From assembly GCA_031366785.1 (NCBI GenBank), contig JANLOW010000358.1, positions 1 through 46,202 on the forward strand: a DNA stretch of 46,202 nt, read 5' to 3'. Source of the DNA: Bacteroidota bacterium. GTDB taxonomy: Bacteria; Bacteroidota; Bacteroidia; AKYH767-A; 2013-40CM-41-45. Below are positions 28,115 to 40,017 of this stretch, one piece after another. Numbering within the stretch: the first letter of the stretch is position 1; each line of letters begins with the position of its first letter. The position numbers and the translations under genes were made by a program. The notes under the pieces were generated by a model. The model was not told where the DNA came from and ran no database searches. It worked only from the letters and a program-made list of their open reading frames with translations.

Positions 28115-28678
28115 ATGGCAGAAATTCAACCCCCAAAAGAGCTTGTCCGAAAGTGGTATGTTGTACGTGCTATCAGCGGAAAAGAAAAAAAGATTAAACA
28201 ATATATAGAAACAGAAATTAATCGATTAAAATTGAATGATTATGTTACTCAAGTGCTTATACCTACTGAAAAATTTTATCAGATTCGAAATGGTAAAAAG
28301 ATAAGTAAAGAAAGAAATATATTACCTGGATATGTTCTTATTGAAGCGGCTTTAACCGGTGAAATACCTCACATTATCCAAAATATATCCGGTGTTATTT
28401 CCTTTCTCGGATCGAAAGGTGAACCGCCGGCACCTCTGCGTCAATCAGAAGTGAATCGTATATTAGGTAAAATGGATGAACTGGCGGATACAGAAGCTGT
28501 AATGAATGTTCCTTATGTAGTTGGTGAAACAGTAAAAGTGATCGATGGACCATTCAATAGCTTTAGTGGTGTTATTGAAGAAATAAATGAAGAAAAGAAA
28601 AAACTTAAAGTGATGGTAAAAATATTCGGAAGAAAAACACCTCTTGAGTTAAGCTATTTACAAGTAGAAAAAGAGTAA
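28115..28678 (+). CDS. nusG: Transcription termination/antitermination factor NusG
   Basis: It has WYVVRAISGKEKK (NGN domain) and a C-terminal KOW segment (GETVKVIDGPFNSFSGVI). Confidence 0.95.
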   Translation: MAEIQPPKELVRKWYVVRAISGKEKKIKQYIETEINRLKLNDYVTQVLIPTEKFYQIRNGKKISKERNILPGYVLIEAALTGEIPHIIQNISGVISFLGSKGEPPAPLRQSEVNRILGKMDELADTEAVMNVPYVVGETVKVIDGPFNSFSGVIEEINEEKKKLKVMVKIFGRKTPLELSYLQVEKE

Positions 28679-28796
28679 ACCAATTTGAATTTGAAAAAAT
28701 GTTGATTTGAAAATTTATAAATCCTGCGAAGCTTCCATTCAAAGTCGTTTTTAATTTTCCAATTTTCCAACTCTCAAATTCATTAATAAAATAATC

Positions 28797-29234
28797 ATGG
28801 CAAAAGAAATAAGTACATACATTAAATTGCAGGTTAAGGGTGGCTCAGCCAATCCTGCGCCTCCGATTGGACCGGCTCTAGGTGCAAAAGGTGTTAATAT
28901 CATGGAATTCTGCAAGCAATTCAATGCTCGTACGCAGGATCAACCCGGTAAAGTATTACCAGTTATTATCACTGTTTATACCGATAAATCTTTTGAATTC
29001 GTTATAAAGACTCCGCCAGCGGCTGTTCAATTATTAGATGCAGCAAAAATCAAAAGCGGATCTAAAGAATCAAACAGAAGTAAAGTTGGTAATGTATCCT
29101 GGGATCAGGTTCGATCAATCGCTGAAATTAAAATGCCCGATCTAAATTGTTTTACAATAGAATCTGCAATGAGTATGGTTGCTGGTACTGCACGAAGCAT
29201 GGGAATTCTTATTGATGGTCAACGTCCTTTCTAA
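28797..29234 (+). CDS. rplK: 50S ribosomal protein L11
   Basis: The motif [24 protein letters not shown] is present. Confidence 0.97.
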   Translation: MAKEISTYIKLQVKGGSANPAPPIGPALGAKGVNIMEFCKQFNARTQDQPGKVLPVIITVYTDKSFEFVIKTPPAAVQLLDAAKIKSGSKESNRSKVGNVSWDQVRSIAEIKMPDLNCFTIESAMSMVAGTARSMGILIDGQRPF

Positions 29235-29317
29235 GGATTTAGATAAATCAAATTTATTATTCATAGAAGGAGGGTGAGATCCTATCAATCCCGTCAGCAC
29301 TTCAAAACTTTAAATCA

Positions 29318-30010
29318 ATGACAAAAATTAGTAAAAAAAGAAAGCAAGCTTTATCTAAAGTTGATGCATCTAAATCTTACACACTTGCCGATGCTTCTAA
29401 AATTGTTAAGGATGTAACATATACTAAATTTGATGCTTCAGTTGATCTAAGCATTCGATTAGGTGTTGATCCTAGAAAAGCAAATCAAATGGTTCGTGGT
29501 GTGGTTACATTACCACACGGAACTGGTAAAACTAAAAAGGTTCTTGTGCTATGTACTCCCGATAAAGAAGCTGAAGCTAAAGAAGCAGGAGCAGACTTTG
29601 TAGGATTGGATGACTATATTCAGAAAATAGAACAAGGCTGGACAGATGTTGATGTTGTTATTACTATGCCTAGTGTTATGGGTAAGGTCGGAAAACTTGG
29701 AAAAATTCTTGGTCCGCGTAACTTAATGCCAAATCCAAAAACCGGAACTGTAACGATGGAAATCGGCAAAGCAGTTAAGGATGTTAAGGGAGGCAAAATC
29801 GACTTCAAAGTTGATAAGCAAGGGAGTATTCATGCTTCTGTTGGAAAAGTATCTTTTGATGCTAAGAAAATAGAAGAAAATGCTCACGAACTACTTAACA
29901 TGATCGTAAAGCTTAAACCATCATCGGCAAAAGGAACTTATATGAAAAGTGTTTACCTATCAAGCACTATGAGCCCTTCAGTAATGATAGATACAAAAAC
30001 AATTTCTTAA
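29318..30010 (+). CDS. rplA: 50S ribosomal protein L1
   Basis: [33 protein letters not shown] is present. Length is 230 aa. Confidence 0.97.
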   Translation: MTKISKKRKQALSKVDASKSYTLADASKIVKDVTYTKFDASVDLSIRLGVDPRKANQMVRGVVTLPHGTGKTKKVLVLCTPDKEAEAKEAGADFVGLDDYIQKIEQGWTDVDVVITMPSVMGKVGKLGKILGPRNLMPNPKTGTVTMEIGKAVKDVKGGKIDFKVDKQGSIHASVGKVSFDAKKIEENAHELLNMIVKLKPSSAKGTYMKSVYLSSTMSPSVMIDTKTIS

Positions 30011-30045
30011 TCCGGTGTGCCGGTTAATTTAAAAATTAGAGGACA

Positions 30046-30570
30046 ATGAAAAAAGAAGAAAAAGTCGTAATCATCAGTCAGATTACTGAACTACTAAATA
30101 AATATCCGAATGTTTATATAACAGATACATCGGCTTTAACTGTTGCTAAAACAAATCAACTTCGTCGAATCTGTTTTACCCAGGGTGTTAAAATGCTAGT
30201 TGCAAAAAATTCATTGATTCAAAAAGCAATGGAGAAAAATAATGCAGAAGCCTATAGCGGAATATTCGAAGCTTTAAAAGGTACCAGTGCCCTTATGTTT
30301 AGCGAAGTTGGAAATGTTCCTGCTAAATTAATTAAAGACTTTCGTAAGAAGAATCCAAAACCTTTAATTAAAGGTGCTTATATCGATACAGCTATTTTCC
30401 TTGGAGATAACCAACTCGATATTCTGGCATCTATAAAATCTAAAAATGAATTAGTAGGCGAAATTATTTCATTACTTCAGTCTCCAGCGAAGAACGTCAT
30501 CTCCGGCTTAAAGAGCAGTGGTGGAAAACTTGCCGGCATATTAAAAACTTTATCAGAGCGTCCTGAATAA
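30046..30570 (+). CDS. rplJ: 50S ribosomal protein L10
   Basis: Its position between rplA and rplL, its L10-like N-terminus and its length of 174 aa support the call. Confidence 0.93.
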   Translation: MKKEEKVVIISQITELLNKYPNVYITDTSALTVAKTNQLRRICFTQGVKMLVAKNSLIQKAMEKNNAEAYSGIFEALKGTSALMFSEVGNVPAKLIKDFRKKNPKPLIKGAYIDTAIFLGDNQLDILASIKSKNELVGEIISLLQSPAKNVISGLKSSGGKLAGILKTLSERPE

Positions 30571-30648
30571 GGAAAGCTGTTATTATACTAATGCTTCCAG
30601 TACCCAAAATCAAATCGTAAAAATTTAAACAATTAAAATTCTATAAAA

Positions 30649-31026
30649 ATGGCAGATTTAAAAGCATTCGCAGATCAGTTAGTTAACCTGACTGTGAAAG
30701 AAGTGAACGAACTCGCAAAAATTATGAAAGATGAGTATGGCATTGAGCCTGCAGCAGCAGCTGTAGCAATGGCAGCACCAACTTCAGGTGGCGACGGTGG
30801 CGCTGTAGCAGAGAAAACTTCTTTCGATGTTATACTTAAAGCACCAGGCGGAGCAAAATTAAACATCGTTAAACTTGTAAAAGAGATCACAGGTCTTGGC
30901 TTGAAAGAAGCTAAAGATTTAGTTGATGGAGCTCCAAAAGCAGTTAAAGAAGGAGTTACAAAAGAAGAAGCAAATTCTATTAAACAACAATTAGAAGAAG
31001 CAGGAGCTGAGATTGAAGTTAAATAA
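30649..31026 (+). CDS. rplL: 50S ribosomal protein L7/L12
   Basis: It has an Ala-rich hinge and the C-terminal domain [34 protein letters not shown]. Confidence 0.97.
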   Translation: MADLKAFADQLVNLTVKEVNELAKIMKDEYGIEPAAAAVAMAAPTSGGDGGAVAEKTSFDVILKAPGGAKLNIVKLVKEITGLGLKEAKDLVDGAPKAVKEGVTKEEANSIKQQLEEAGAEIEVK

Positions 31027-31054
31027 GGCATCGGCTGCTGTCAACGAACATTTA

Positions 31055-31100
31055 TAGACCTTTCCCGGCTTGCCGCCGGGACTGGTCTATATCCTTTTTT
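31055..31100 (+). terminator. GC-rich hairpin plus T-tract between rplL and rpoB (attenuator or terminator)
   Basis: TAGACC-TTT-CCCGGC-ttgcc-GCCGGG-ACT-GGTCTA (31055-31089), followed by TATCCTTTTTT. Confidence 0.65.
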
Positions 31101-31168
31101 AAAACAGATGATTATTTCAAATAATCTACTTTTTAAAAGTCAGTCTTACTTCTAAAACTCAAGCACCT

Positions 31169-34100
31169 GTGACTACTAATCTCCTCCCAAACAAAAGAAT
31201 CAATTTCGCCACTATCCGGCATTCAATCGAATATCCTGATTTTCTTGATATTCAGTTGAAATCTTTTCAAGATTTTTTCCAGCTTGAAACCACTTCTGAT
31301 AATCGTCAGAAAGAAGGTCTGTTCAAAGTATTCAATGAGAACTTTCCGATCACTGACTCAAGAAATAATTTCGTTCTTGAGTTCATCGATTATTTTATCG
31401 ATCCTCCACGATATGCTCTCGAAGAGTGTATTGAAAGAGGATTAACCTATAGCGTTCCGCTTAAGGCTAAACTAAAACTCTATTGTACCGATCCGGAACA
31501 TGAGGATTTCGAAACAATCGTACAGGACGTATATCTTGGTACTATTCCTTACATGACCCCTAAAGGGACATTTGTAATAAATGGTGCTGAACGCGTTGTG
31601 GTATCTCAATTACATCGTTCTCCGGGAGTATTTTTTGGACAAAGTCGACACGCAAACGGGACTAAGTTATATTCAGCACGCGTTATTCCTTTCAAAGGTT
31701 CCTGGATTGAATTTGCAACTGATATTAACAATGTGATGTATGCTTACATTGACCGGAAAAAGAAATTCCCGGTAACGACATTACTAAGAGCTATCGGCTA
31801 TCAAACCGATAAAGATATTTTAGAAATTTTCGGTTTGGCTGATGAATTTAAAGTTACCAAATCAGGAATTAAAAACGCACTTAATCGACGTCTCGCTGCC
31901 AGAGTTTTAAAAACCTGGGTCGAAGATTTCGTTGATGAGGATACTGGAGAAGTTGTTTCCATCGAAAGAAATGAAGTTGTCATCGAACGCGAAACTGTTC
32001 TCGATGATAGTCATCTCGAGCTTATCATCGAATCAGGTGTTAAGTTTATCATCCTTCATAAGGAAGACGTTAATACAAACGATTACGCAATCATATATAA
32101 TACTCTTCAAAAGGATACATCAAACTCTGAAAAAGAAGCAGTCGAGCATATCTATCGCCAGCTTCGTAATGCAGAACCACCTGATGAAGAAACAGCACGT
32201 GGGATTATCGACAAATTATTCTTTTCCGATAAACGTTACGATCTGGGTGATGTTGGGCGCTACCGTATCAATAAAAAACTCGGACTTGAAATTGCAGAAG
32301 ATACTCGTGTCCTTACTAAACAGGATATCATTGAAATCATTCGTCAGCTAATTCAGCTCATAAATTCTAAAGCGGAGGTCGATGATATTGATCACCTTTC
32401 AAACCGCCGTGTACGTACTGTTGGTGAACAACTATATTCTCAATTCGGTGTTGGTCTTGCCCGTATGGCTCGTACCATTCGCGAAAGAATGAATGTTCGT
32501 GACAATGAAGTATTCACACCAGCTGATCTTATCAATGCAAAGACTTTGTCTTCTGTAATAAATTCTTTCTTCGGAACTAACCAGCTTTCTCAGTTCATGG
32601 ATCAAACCAATCCACTCGCTGAGATTACGCACAAACGTCGTTTATCCGCACTCGGGCCAGGTGGTCTGTCGCGTGAGCGTGCCGGTTTCGAGGTTCGTGA
32701 TGTGCATTACACACATTACGGTCGCCTTTGTACAATTGAAACTCCGGAGGGTCCAAACATCGGACTTATTTCTTCTTTATGCGTGTATGCTAAAATTAAC
32801 AATCTTGGTTTCATCGAAACACCTTATCGTACAGTTACGGAAGGTGTCGTAGATGTTCAAAAAGAAGTTGTTTATTTAACAGCAGAGGAAGAAGATAATA
32901 AAGTTATCGCTCAGGCAAATGCAAAGATTGATGAGAAAGGTAATTTCATCGATCATAAAGTAAAAGCACGTGAGCTTGGAGATTTCCCGGTTCTTGAACC
33001 CGAGAAAATAAATCTAATGGACGTTGCTCCGAATCAGATTGCTTCTATAGCTGCATCCTTGATTCCATTCCTTGAGCATGATGATGCTAACCGTGCCTTG
33101 ATGGGTTCAAACATGCAACGTCAGGCTGTTCCATTACTTCGCCCTGAAGCACCAATTGTTGGAACAGGCCTTGAAGGTCTTGTTGCCCGTGATTCTCGTG
33201 TGCTTATCAATGCCGAAGGTGATGGAGTAGTTGAATATGTTGATGCATTGGAGATAACAATTCGTTATAGCCGCAAGGAAACTGAAAAACTAATCAGCTT
33301 TGAAGATGATATTAAAACATATAATCTAATAAAATTCCAGAAGACGAATCAGAATACGTGTATCAATCTAAAGCCTATTGTTATCAAAGGCCAAAAGGTA
33401 AAACGCGGTCAGGTTCTCTGCGAAGGTTATGCTACACAAAGCGGAGAACTTGCTCTTGGTCGTAATCTTCAGGTTGCATTCATGCCTTGGAAGGGTTACA
33501 ATTTCGAAGATGCAATCGTTATTTCTGAAAGAGTAATTCGAGAAGATATATTCACTTCTATTCACGTCGATGAATACAGTCTCGAAGTTAGAGATACAAA
33601 ACGCGGAATGGAAGAACTTACTGCTGATATTCCTAACGTTAGTGAAGAAGCGACACGTGAACTCGATGAAAATGGTTTGATTCGTGTTGGTGCTGAAGTA
33701 ATGGAAGGTGATATCCTTATAGGAAAAATTACTCCTAAAGGCGAAACAGATCCTTCTCCTGAAGAAAAATTACTTCGTGCTATCTTCGGTGATAAAGCAG
33801 GTGATGTTAAAGATGCTTCATTGAAAGTACCACCATCCGTAAAAGGTGTTGTAATTGACAAACGCTTATTTTCACGAGTGACAGCCAAAGACAAAACTCA
33901 AAAAACGGATGAAAAAGTTCTTCTTGAAAAATTAGATAAAGAATACAATCAGCTGATTGCCGAGTTGAAAGAAAAACTAATCGATAAATTATTTGTCCTT
34001 GTAAGTGGTAAAACATCGCAAGGTGTAACAGATATATTCCGTGAAGTGATCATTCCGAAAGGTGCTAAGTTCACTCAGAAGATGCTCTCGGAAATCAATT

Positions 34101-34984
34101 ATGATACTGTTAATACAGATAAGTGGACAACCGATAAAGAAAAGAACGATCAGATAAAACAGCTTCTTCACAATTATACGATTAAGTTTAACGACATCTC
34201 CGGTATTTACAAGCGGAAGAAATTCGCTCTGACTGTCGGTGATGAATTACCTGCCGGTATAGTTAAACTTGCTAAAGTTTATATAGCTAAAAAGCGTAAA
34301 CTTAAAGTTGGTGATAAGATGGCCGGTCGACATGGAAATAAAGGTATCGTTGCGAAAATTGTTCGTGATGAAGACATGCCGTTTCTTGAAGATGGTACTC
34401 CAGTAGATATAGTTTTAAATCCACTTGGTGTTCCATCACGTATGAACCTTGGACAGATCTATGAAACAATCCTTGGTTGGGCCGGATTGAAAATGGGATT
34501 GAAGTTTTCTACTCCTATTTTTGACGGTGCTTCAATCGAACAGATTGATGATTACGTTTCCAAAGCAGGCCTTCCTAAATTCGGAAGTACATATTTATAC
34601 GATGGCGGAACCGGCGATCGTTTCGATCAACCGGCAACCGTAGGTGTAATTTATATGATGAAACTTGGCCATATGGTTGATGATAAAATGCACGCCCGTT
34701 CAATTGGACCGTATTCACTCATTACTCAACAGCCGCTCGGTGGTAAAGCACAATTCGGAGGACAAAGGTTTGGTGAGATGGAAGTATGGGCACTGGAAGC
34801 ATTCGGTGCTGCAAATATCCTTCAGGAAATCCTTACTGTTAAATCTGACGATGTTATCGGCCGCGCCAAAACGTATGAATCTATTGTTAAGGGTGACAAT
34901 CTGCCTACTCCAGGTATACCGGAATCATTCAATGTGCTATTACATGAACTTCGCGGACTCTGTCTGAAGATTACATTGGAATAA
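31169..34984 (+). CDS. rpoB: DNA-directed RNA polymerase beta subunit
   Basis: It is 1271 aa and has GTG as the first in-frame start after a stop. Conserved blocks include [24 protein letters not shown] and [14 protein letters not shown]. Confidence 0.98.
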   Translation: MTTNLLPNKRINFATIRHSIEYPDFLDIQLKSFQDFFQLETTSDNRQKEGLFKVFNENFPITDSRNNFVLEFIDYFIDPPRYALEECIERGLTYSVPLKAKLKLYCTDPEHEDFETIVQDVYLGTIPYMTPKGTFVINGAERVVVSQLHRSPGVFFGQSRHANGTKLYSARVIPFKGSWIEFATDINNVMYAYIDRKKKFPVTTLLRAIGYQTDKDILEIFGLADEFKVTKSGIKNALNRRLAARVLKTWVEDFVDEDTGEVVSIERNEVVIERETVLDDSHLELIIESGVKFIILHKEDVNTNDYAIIYNTLQKDTSNSEKEAVEHIYRQLRNAEPPDEETARGIIDKLFFSDKRYDLGDVGRYRINKKLGLEIAEDTRVLTKQDIIEIIRQLIQLINSKAEVDDIDHLSNRRVRTVGEQLYSQFGVGLARMARTIRERMNVRDNEVFTPADLINAKTLSSVINSFFGTNQLSQFMDQTNPLAEITHKRRLSALGPGGLSRERAGFEVRDVHYTHYGRLCTIETPEGPNIGLISSLCVYAKINNLGFIETPYRTVTEGVVDVQKEVVYLTAEEEDNKVIAQANAKIDEKGNFIDHKVKARELGDFPVLEPEKINLMDVAPNQIASIAASLIPFLEHDDANRALMGSNMQRQAVPLLRPEAPIVGTGLEGLVARDSRVLINAEGDGVVEYVDALEITIRYSRKETEKLISFEDDIKTYNLIKFQKTNQNTCINLKPIVIKGQKVKRGQVLCEGYATQSGELALGRNLQVAFMPWKGYNFEDAIVISERVIREDIFTSIHVDEYSLEVRDTKRGMEELTADIPNVSEEATRELDENGLIRVGAEVMEGDILIGKITPKGETDPSPEEKLLRAIFGDKAGDVKDASLKVPPSVKGVVIDKRLFSRVTAKDKTQKTDEKVLLEKLDKEYNQLIAELKEKLIDKLFVLVSGKTSQGVTDIFREVIIPKGAKFTQKMLSEINYDTVNTDKWTTDKEKNDQIKQLLHNYTIKFNDISGIYKRKKFALTVGDELPAGIVKLAKVYIAKKRKLKVGDKMAGRHGNKGIVAKIVRDEDMPFLEDGTPVDIVLNPLGVPSRMNLGQIYETILGWAGLKMGLKFSTPIFDGASIEQIDDYVSKAGLPKFGSTYLYDGGTGDRFDQPATVGVIYMMKLGHMVDDKMHARSIGPYSLITQQPLGGKAQFGGQRFGEMEVWALEAFGAANILQEILTVKSDDVIGRAKTYESIVKGDNLPTPGIPESFNVLLHELRGLCLKITLE

Positions 34985-34995
34985 GTCATTCACAA

Positions 34996-35025
34996 GTTTT
35001 ACGTGTACAAGTGTACACGTAAAAC
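34996..35025 (+). other. Perfect 13-bp stem with a 4-nt loop in the rpoB-rpoC spacer
   Basis: GTTTTACGTGTAC (34996-35008), aagt, GTACACGTAAAAC (35013-35025). No T-tract follows. Confidence 0.7.
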
Positions 35026-35070
35026 CTATGTACAAGTCGTGCAAAGTTTTAACATTAACAACAAACTCAG

Positions 35071-38000
35071 ATGGCAAATAGAAAAGAAATAAAAATCAAA
35101 TCCAACTTCACAAAGATCATCATCAGTCTTGCATCTCCTGAACATATTCTGGAGCAGTCAAGCGGAGAAGTGTTGAAGCCTGAAACAATCAACTACAGGA
35201 CATACAAACCTGAACGTGACGGTTTGTTCTGCGAACGGATCTTTGGTCCTGTGAAAGACTGGGAATGTCATTGCGGTAAATACAAACGAATTCGTTACAA
35301 AGGAATCGTTTGTGATCGTTGCGGTGTAGAAGTAACAGAAAAAAAAGTGAGAAGAGAACGTATGGGACATATTACCCTTACAGTTCCAGTAGCACACATC
35401 TGGTATTTCCGTTCATTACCGAATAAAATTGGATACCTATTAGGACTTCCCACCAAGAAGCTTGATATGATTATCTATTACGAACGTTACGTTGTTATTC
35501 AAGCTGGGATTAAAGGAGCAGATGGAATAAATTATCTCGACTTTTTGACAGAGGAAGAATTTCTGATGATACTAGAGGCATTGCCAAAAGATAATCAGCA
35601 CCTGGATGATAAAGATCCAAATAAATTTATTGCAAAAATGGGAGCGGAAGCTTTGTATGAATTACTTTCAAGATTGAATCTTGATGAATTATCATACAAC
35701 CTCCGTCATCAGGCTAGCAATGAAACTTCTCAACAAAGAAAAAATGAAGCGCTTAAACGCCTTAATGTTGTTGAAGCTTTCCGTGCCGCTAATCAGCATA
35801 TTGAAAACCGTCCGGAATGGATGATAGTGAAAGTTGTTCCTGTAATTCCACCGGAACTTCGACCACTCGTTCCTCTTGATGGCGGTCGTTTCGCAACATC
35901 CGATCTTAATGATCTTTACCGTCGTGTAATTATCCGTAACAATCGTTTAAAGCGACTTTTAGAAATTAAGGCTCCCGATGTAATTCTTCGAAATGAAAAA
36001 CGAATGTTGCAGGAGGCTGTTGATTCCTTGTTTGATAATTCACGTAAAGTGAATGCAGTTAAGACTGAATCAAACCGTGCATTGAAATCACTTTCAGATT
36101 CTTTAAAAGGAAAACAAGGACGTTTCCGTCAGAACTTATTAGGTAAGCGTGTTGATTATTCTGCACGTTCGGTAATCGTCGTTGGCCCTGATTTGAAATT
36201 ACATGAGTGTGGTCTTCCAAAAGATATGGCTGCTGAACTCTTCAAACCGTTTATCATCCGTAAGATGATCGAACGCGGAGTTGTTAAAACAGTGAAGTCT
36301 GCAAAGAAAATAGTCGATCGTAAAGATCCTTTAGTATGGGATATTTTGGAAAATGTATTGAAAGGACATCCTGTTCTTTTAAACAGGGCTCCAACACTTC
36401 ACCGTTTAGGTATACAGGCATTCCAGCCAAAACTTATCGAGGGAAAAGCTATTCAGCTACATCCATTGGTTTGTACTGCCTTCAACGCTGACTTTGACGG
36501 TGATCAAATGGCTGTTCACGTGCCGCTTGGTAATGCCGCTATTCTCGAAGCTCAGATGTTAATGCTTGCTTCCCATAATATACTTAACCCAGCTAATGGT
36601 GCTCCTGTTACTGTTCCTTCACAGGATATGGTACTTGGATTATATTATATTACTAAAGAGCGAAAGACAGACGGAAACAGAAAAGTAAAAGGAGAAGGAA
36701 TGAAATTTTATTCTCCGGAAGAAGTTATCATCGCCCATAATGAAGGCATTGTTGAATTACATGCTGCCATTGAAGTTCGGGTATCTGTAATGAAGGATAA
36801 TATTGTTACTAAAGAAATGATAAAGACTACAGTCGGACGCATTCTTTTTAATCAAGTTGTTCCGGAAAATGCAGGATATATAAATACTCTTTTAACAAAA
36901 AAAGCACTTCGAGATATTATTGGAGATATATTAAAATCATGCGGTGTCGCCAAGACAGCAAAATTCCTTGATGATATTAAAGATTTAGGATTTAAAATGG
37001 CTTTCAAAGGTGCGCTTTCATTCAATCTTGAAGATGTTAAAATTCCTGAAGTTAAAATTGAACTCGTTGCAAAGGCCAATGCTGAAGTTGATGAAGTTTT
37101 AAATAATTACAACCTCGGATTTATAACATACAATGAACGTTACAATCAGATTATCGATATCTGGACGCGTACCAGTTCCAGGATTACTGAAACATTAATG
37201 AAACAGTTGTCGACCGATAAGCAAGGATTTAACTCCATCTTTATGATGCTTGATTCCGGCGCTCGTGGATCGAAAGAACAGATTCGTCAGTTAGGTGGTA
37301 TGCGAGGTCTTATGGCTAAACCGCAGAAGAGTGGATCTTCAGGAGGAGAAATTATTGAAAACCCAATCTTATCTAATTTCAAAGAAGGACTTTCTATCCT
37401 CGAGTATTTTATTTCTACTCATGGTGCTCGTAAAGGTCTTGCCGATACAGCCCTTAAGACGGCCGATGCGGGTTACCTTACACGACGACTTGTTGATGTT
37501 TCTCAAGATGTAATTATTACGGATGAAGACTGTGGTACACTTCGAGGACTTGCAGAAACCGCACTTAAAAATAATGAAGAAGTTGTAGAATCGTTGTATG
37601 ACAGAATTCTAGGACGAGTATCTCTTCATAACATATATCATCCGCTAACGGGTGAACTTCTGATTGAAAGTGGAAAAGAAATTACAGAAGATATAGCATC
37701 TGCAATTGAAAATTCTCCGGTTGAAACTGTTGAAATCCGTTCGGTACTCACATGCGAATCGGTTCGTGGAGTATGTGGCAGATGTTACGGAAGAAATCTT
37801 GCTTCAGGAAGAATGGTTCAAAAGGGAGAAGCCGTAGGTGTAATTGCGGCTCAGTCTATCGGTGAGCCTGGAACTCAGCTTACACTTCGTACTTTCCACG
37901 TTGGTGGGGTTGCGCAGAAAGGTGCTTCAGAATCAGAACTGAAAGCTAAATTCGGCGGACGTCTCGAATTTGAAGAAGTGAAATCAGTTAACTTCAAGGA

Positions 38001-39363
38001 TGGCAATAAAACAAATGCAGTTGTAATCGGACGTTCGGGTGAATTCAGGATTATTGATCCAACTACAGGAACAGTTCTTACAACATCCAATATTCCTTAT
38101 GGTGCAAAGCTTCAAGCAAAAGATAAAAGTATTGTAGAAAAAGGAGCAGTCATTTGTGATTGGGATCCTTTCAATGCGGTTATCCTTTCTGAATTTGCAG
38201 GTAAAATTGATTTTGTTCATATTGAAGAAGGAATGACTTTCCGTGAGGAGTCTGATGAACAAACTGGTTATAAAGAAAAAGTAATCATCGAAACACGCGA
38301 TAAAACGAAGAACCCGGAAATTAAAATTGTTGACGAAAAGAAAGAAGTAATTAAGTCATACAATATTCCGGTGGGCGCACACATCATGGTTAGCAAAGGA
38401 CAGAAAATTCAGACCGGAGACATTCTTGTAAAAATTCCTCGTACAACAGGTAAGTCGGGTGATATCACCGGTGGACTTCCACGAGTAACTGAATTGTTTG
38501 AGGCAAGAAATCCTAGTAATCCAGCCGTAGTGAGTGAGATTGATGGTATTGTTTCTTATGGTGGAATTAAGCGTGGTAACCGTGAGGTGATCATAACATC
38601 GCGTGATAATGAAGTTAAAAAATATCTGGTTCCTTTATCAAAGCATATCCTTGTACAGGATAATGACTTTATTAAAGCCGGTGATCCGTTATCGGATGGA
38701 GCGATTACACCGAGCGATATTCTTTCTATAAAAGGACCTGGAATGGTTCAGGAATACCTGGTGAATGAGGTTCAGGAAGTTTATCGTTTACAAGGTGTAA
38801 AAATTAACGATAAGCATTTTGAAGTAATTGTTCGCCAAATGATGCGTAAGGTAGTTATTGAAGATCCGGGAGATACTATGTTCCTTGAGCGTGAATATGT
38901 AGATCGTATTGACTTCATAAAAGAGAATGATCTGATCATGGATAAAGTAGTTGTTCTTGAGCCGGGAGATTCCAATGATATGAAAGCAGGACAAATAATA
39001 TCACTGCGTCGTTTACGTGAAGAGAATTCAGTTCTGAAACGTAAGGATTTAAAGATGATAGAAGCGAGGGATGCAATACCTGCAACATCTTCTCCTGTAC
39101 TTCAGGGTATAACGCAAGCATCACTTCATACGAAGAGCTGGATCTCCGCTGCTTCCTTTCAGGAAACAACTAAGGTTCTTAATGAAGCGGCTGTAAATGG
39201 AAAAATCGATGGACTTCTCGGATTGAAAGAAAATGTTATCGTTGGCCATTTAATTCCTGCCGGTACGGGATTACGTGAATATGATCGCATGATCGTCGGA
39301 TCTCAGGAAGAATACGACTTACTTTTGGCTTCAAAACAAGAAGAGGAAGTCACAGAACATTGA
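35071..39363 (+). CDS. rpoC: DNA-directed RNA polymerase beta' subunit
   Basis: It is 1430 aa, with the zinc motif [23 protein letters not shown] and the catalytic motif [12 protein letters not shown]. Confidence 0.98.
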   Translation: MANRKEIKIKSNFTKIIISLASPEHILEQSSGEVLKPETINYRTYKPERDGLFCERIFGPVKDWECHCGKYKRIRYKGIVCDRCGVEVTEKKVRRERMGHITLTVPVAHIWYFRSLPNKIGYLLGLPTKKLDMIIYYERYVVIQAGIKGADGINYLDFLTEEEFLMILEALPKDNQHLDDKDPNKFIAKMGAEALYELLSRLNLDELSYNLRHQASNETSQQRKNEALKRLNVVEAFRAANQHIENRPEWMIVKVVPVIPPELRPLVPLDGGRFATSDLNDLYRRVIIRNNRLKRLLEIKAPDVILRNEKRMLQEAVDSLFDNSRKVNAVKTESNRALKSLSDSLKGKQGRFRQNLLGKRVDYSARSVIVVGPDLKLHECGLPKDMAAELFKPFIIRKMIERGVVKTVKSAKKIVDRKDPLVWDILENVLKGHPVLLNRAPTLHRLGIQAFQPKLIEGKAIQLHPLVCTAFNADFDGDQMAVHVPLGNAAILEAQMLMLASHNILNPANGAPVTVPSQDMVLGLYYITKERKTDGNRKVKGEGMKFYSPEEVIIAHNEGIVELHAAIEVRVSVMKDNIVTKEMIKTTVGRILFNQVVPENAGYINTLLTKKALRDIIGDILKSCGVAKTAKFLDDIKDLGFKMAFKGALSFNLEDVKIPEVKIELVAKANAEVDEVLNNYNLGFITYNERYNQIIDIWTRTSSRITETLMKQLSTDKQGFNSIFMMLDSGARGSKEQIRQLGGMRGLMAKPQKSGSSGGEIIENPILSNFKEGLSILEYFISTHGARKGLADTALKTADAGYLTRRLVDVSQDVIITDEDCGTLRGLAETALKNNEEVVESLYDRILGRVSLHNIYHPLTGELLIESGKEITEDIASAIENSPVETVEIRSVLTCESVRGVCGRCYGRNLASGRMVQKGEAVGVIAAQSIGEPGTQLTLRTFHVGGVAQKGASESELKAKFGGRLEFEEVKSVNFKDGNKTNAVVIGRSGEFRIIDPTTGTVLTTSNIPYGAKLQAKDKSIVEKGAVICDWDPFNAVILSEFAGKIDFVHIEEGMTFREESDEQTGYKEKVIIETRDKTKNPEIKIVDEKKEVIKSYNIPVGAHIMVSKGQKIQTGDILVKIPRTTGKSGDITGGLPRVTELFEARNPSNPAVVSEIDGIVSYGGIKRGNREVIITSRDNEVKKYLVPLSKHILVQDNDFIKAGDPLSDGAITPSDILSIKGPGMVQEYLVNEVQEVYRLQGVKINDKHFEVIVRQMMRKVVIEDPGDTMFLEREYVDRIDFIKENDLIMDKVVVLEPGDSNDMKAGQIISLRRLREENSVLKRKDLKMIEARDAIPATSSPVLQGITQASLHTKSWISAASFQETTKVLNEAAVNGKIDGLLGLKENVIVGHLIPAGTGLREYDRMIVGSQEEYDLLLASKQEEEVTEH

Positions 39364-39490
39364 TAATTTAGTTATTGGTTAATAATTAAGGGTTATAAAT
39401 TGTGAATTATCAAATTGCAAATATTCTTTAATTATTAACCAGTACTTTTTACAAATAATTAATAACCATTAACAAATAACAAATAACAAA

Positions 39491-39802
39491 ATGGATGAAA
39501 ATCAAAATCAAAATCAGCTTAACATAGAGTTGACTGAAGAAATTGCTGATGGTATTTATTCAAATCTTGCAATAATTACACACAGTACATCGGAATTTGT
39601 AATCGATTTTGTAAAAATTATGCCTGGTGTTCCTAAAGCTAAAGTTAAAGCAAGAATATTGCTTACACCGCAGCACGCTAAGCGGTTAATGGCTGCGTTA
39701 CAAGACAACATTGCTAAATTTGAGGCTGTACATGGTACCATAAAACAAACTGAAGGTTTAGGTATTCCAATGAATTTTGGCGGCCCTGCAGCTCAAGCAT
39801 AA
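39491..39802 (+). CDS. DUF3467-family protein (function unknown), conserved downstream of rpoC in Bacteroidota
   Basis: It is 103 aa. IYSNLAIITHSTSEFVIDFV...ARILLTPQHAKRLMAALQDNI matches my memory of DUF3467. Confidence 0.7.
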   Translation: MDENQNQNQLNIELTEEIADGIYSNLAIITHSTSEFVIDFVKIMPGVPKAKVKARILLTPQHAKRLMAALQDNIAKFEAVHGTIKQTEGLGIPMNFGGPAAQA

Positions 39803-39825
39803 TTCTATTTCAGAATATATTTTAA

Positions 39826-39860
39826 AGAGCATCTTTCGAAAGGAAGATGCTCTTTTTTTA
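39826..39860 (+). terminator. Rho-independent terminator ending the rpoBC-DUF3467 unit
   Basis: AGAGCATCTT (39826-35), tcgaaagg, AAGATGCTCT (39844-53), followed by TTTTTTT. Confidence 0.8.
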
Positions 39861-40017
39861 TTGAAAGTTTTAACATTTTTTTAATTTAGATAATGGAACT
39901 TGAGGTAGATAGCATAATTAATGTTTTTTTATAAAATTTAAGACACTAGAAGTAATTGTTAAATAGAACGGAAGCATTAAGGCAAAGTATATTAAAAACA
40001 TTTAAAGGCAGAGATGC

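Noticed and set aside
29261-29300. AAGGAGGG block about 45 nt upstream of rplA as an L1-binding autoregulatory leader (23S mimic)
   Set aside because: I could not fold the surrounding sequence into a convincing stem-internal loop resembling the L1 site by eye. It is too far from the ATG to be a Shine-Dalgarno site. A covariance-model search would be needed before claiming it.
30675-31031. 118-aa minus-strand ORF covering almost all of rplL
   Set aside because: It is the mirror frame of the Ala/Glu/Lys-rich L7/L12 gene, and its low-complexity Ser/Ala/Pro product is the expected antisense artefact. rplL itself is unmistakable.
31801-39169. More than a dozen 60-139 aa ORFs on either strand inside rpoB and rpoC, for example 31932-32351, 33562-33894, 34665-34967 and 37984-38262
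   Set aside because: All are out of frame or antisense to highly conserved RNA polymerase genes. None has start signals, motifs or an independent terminator.
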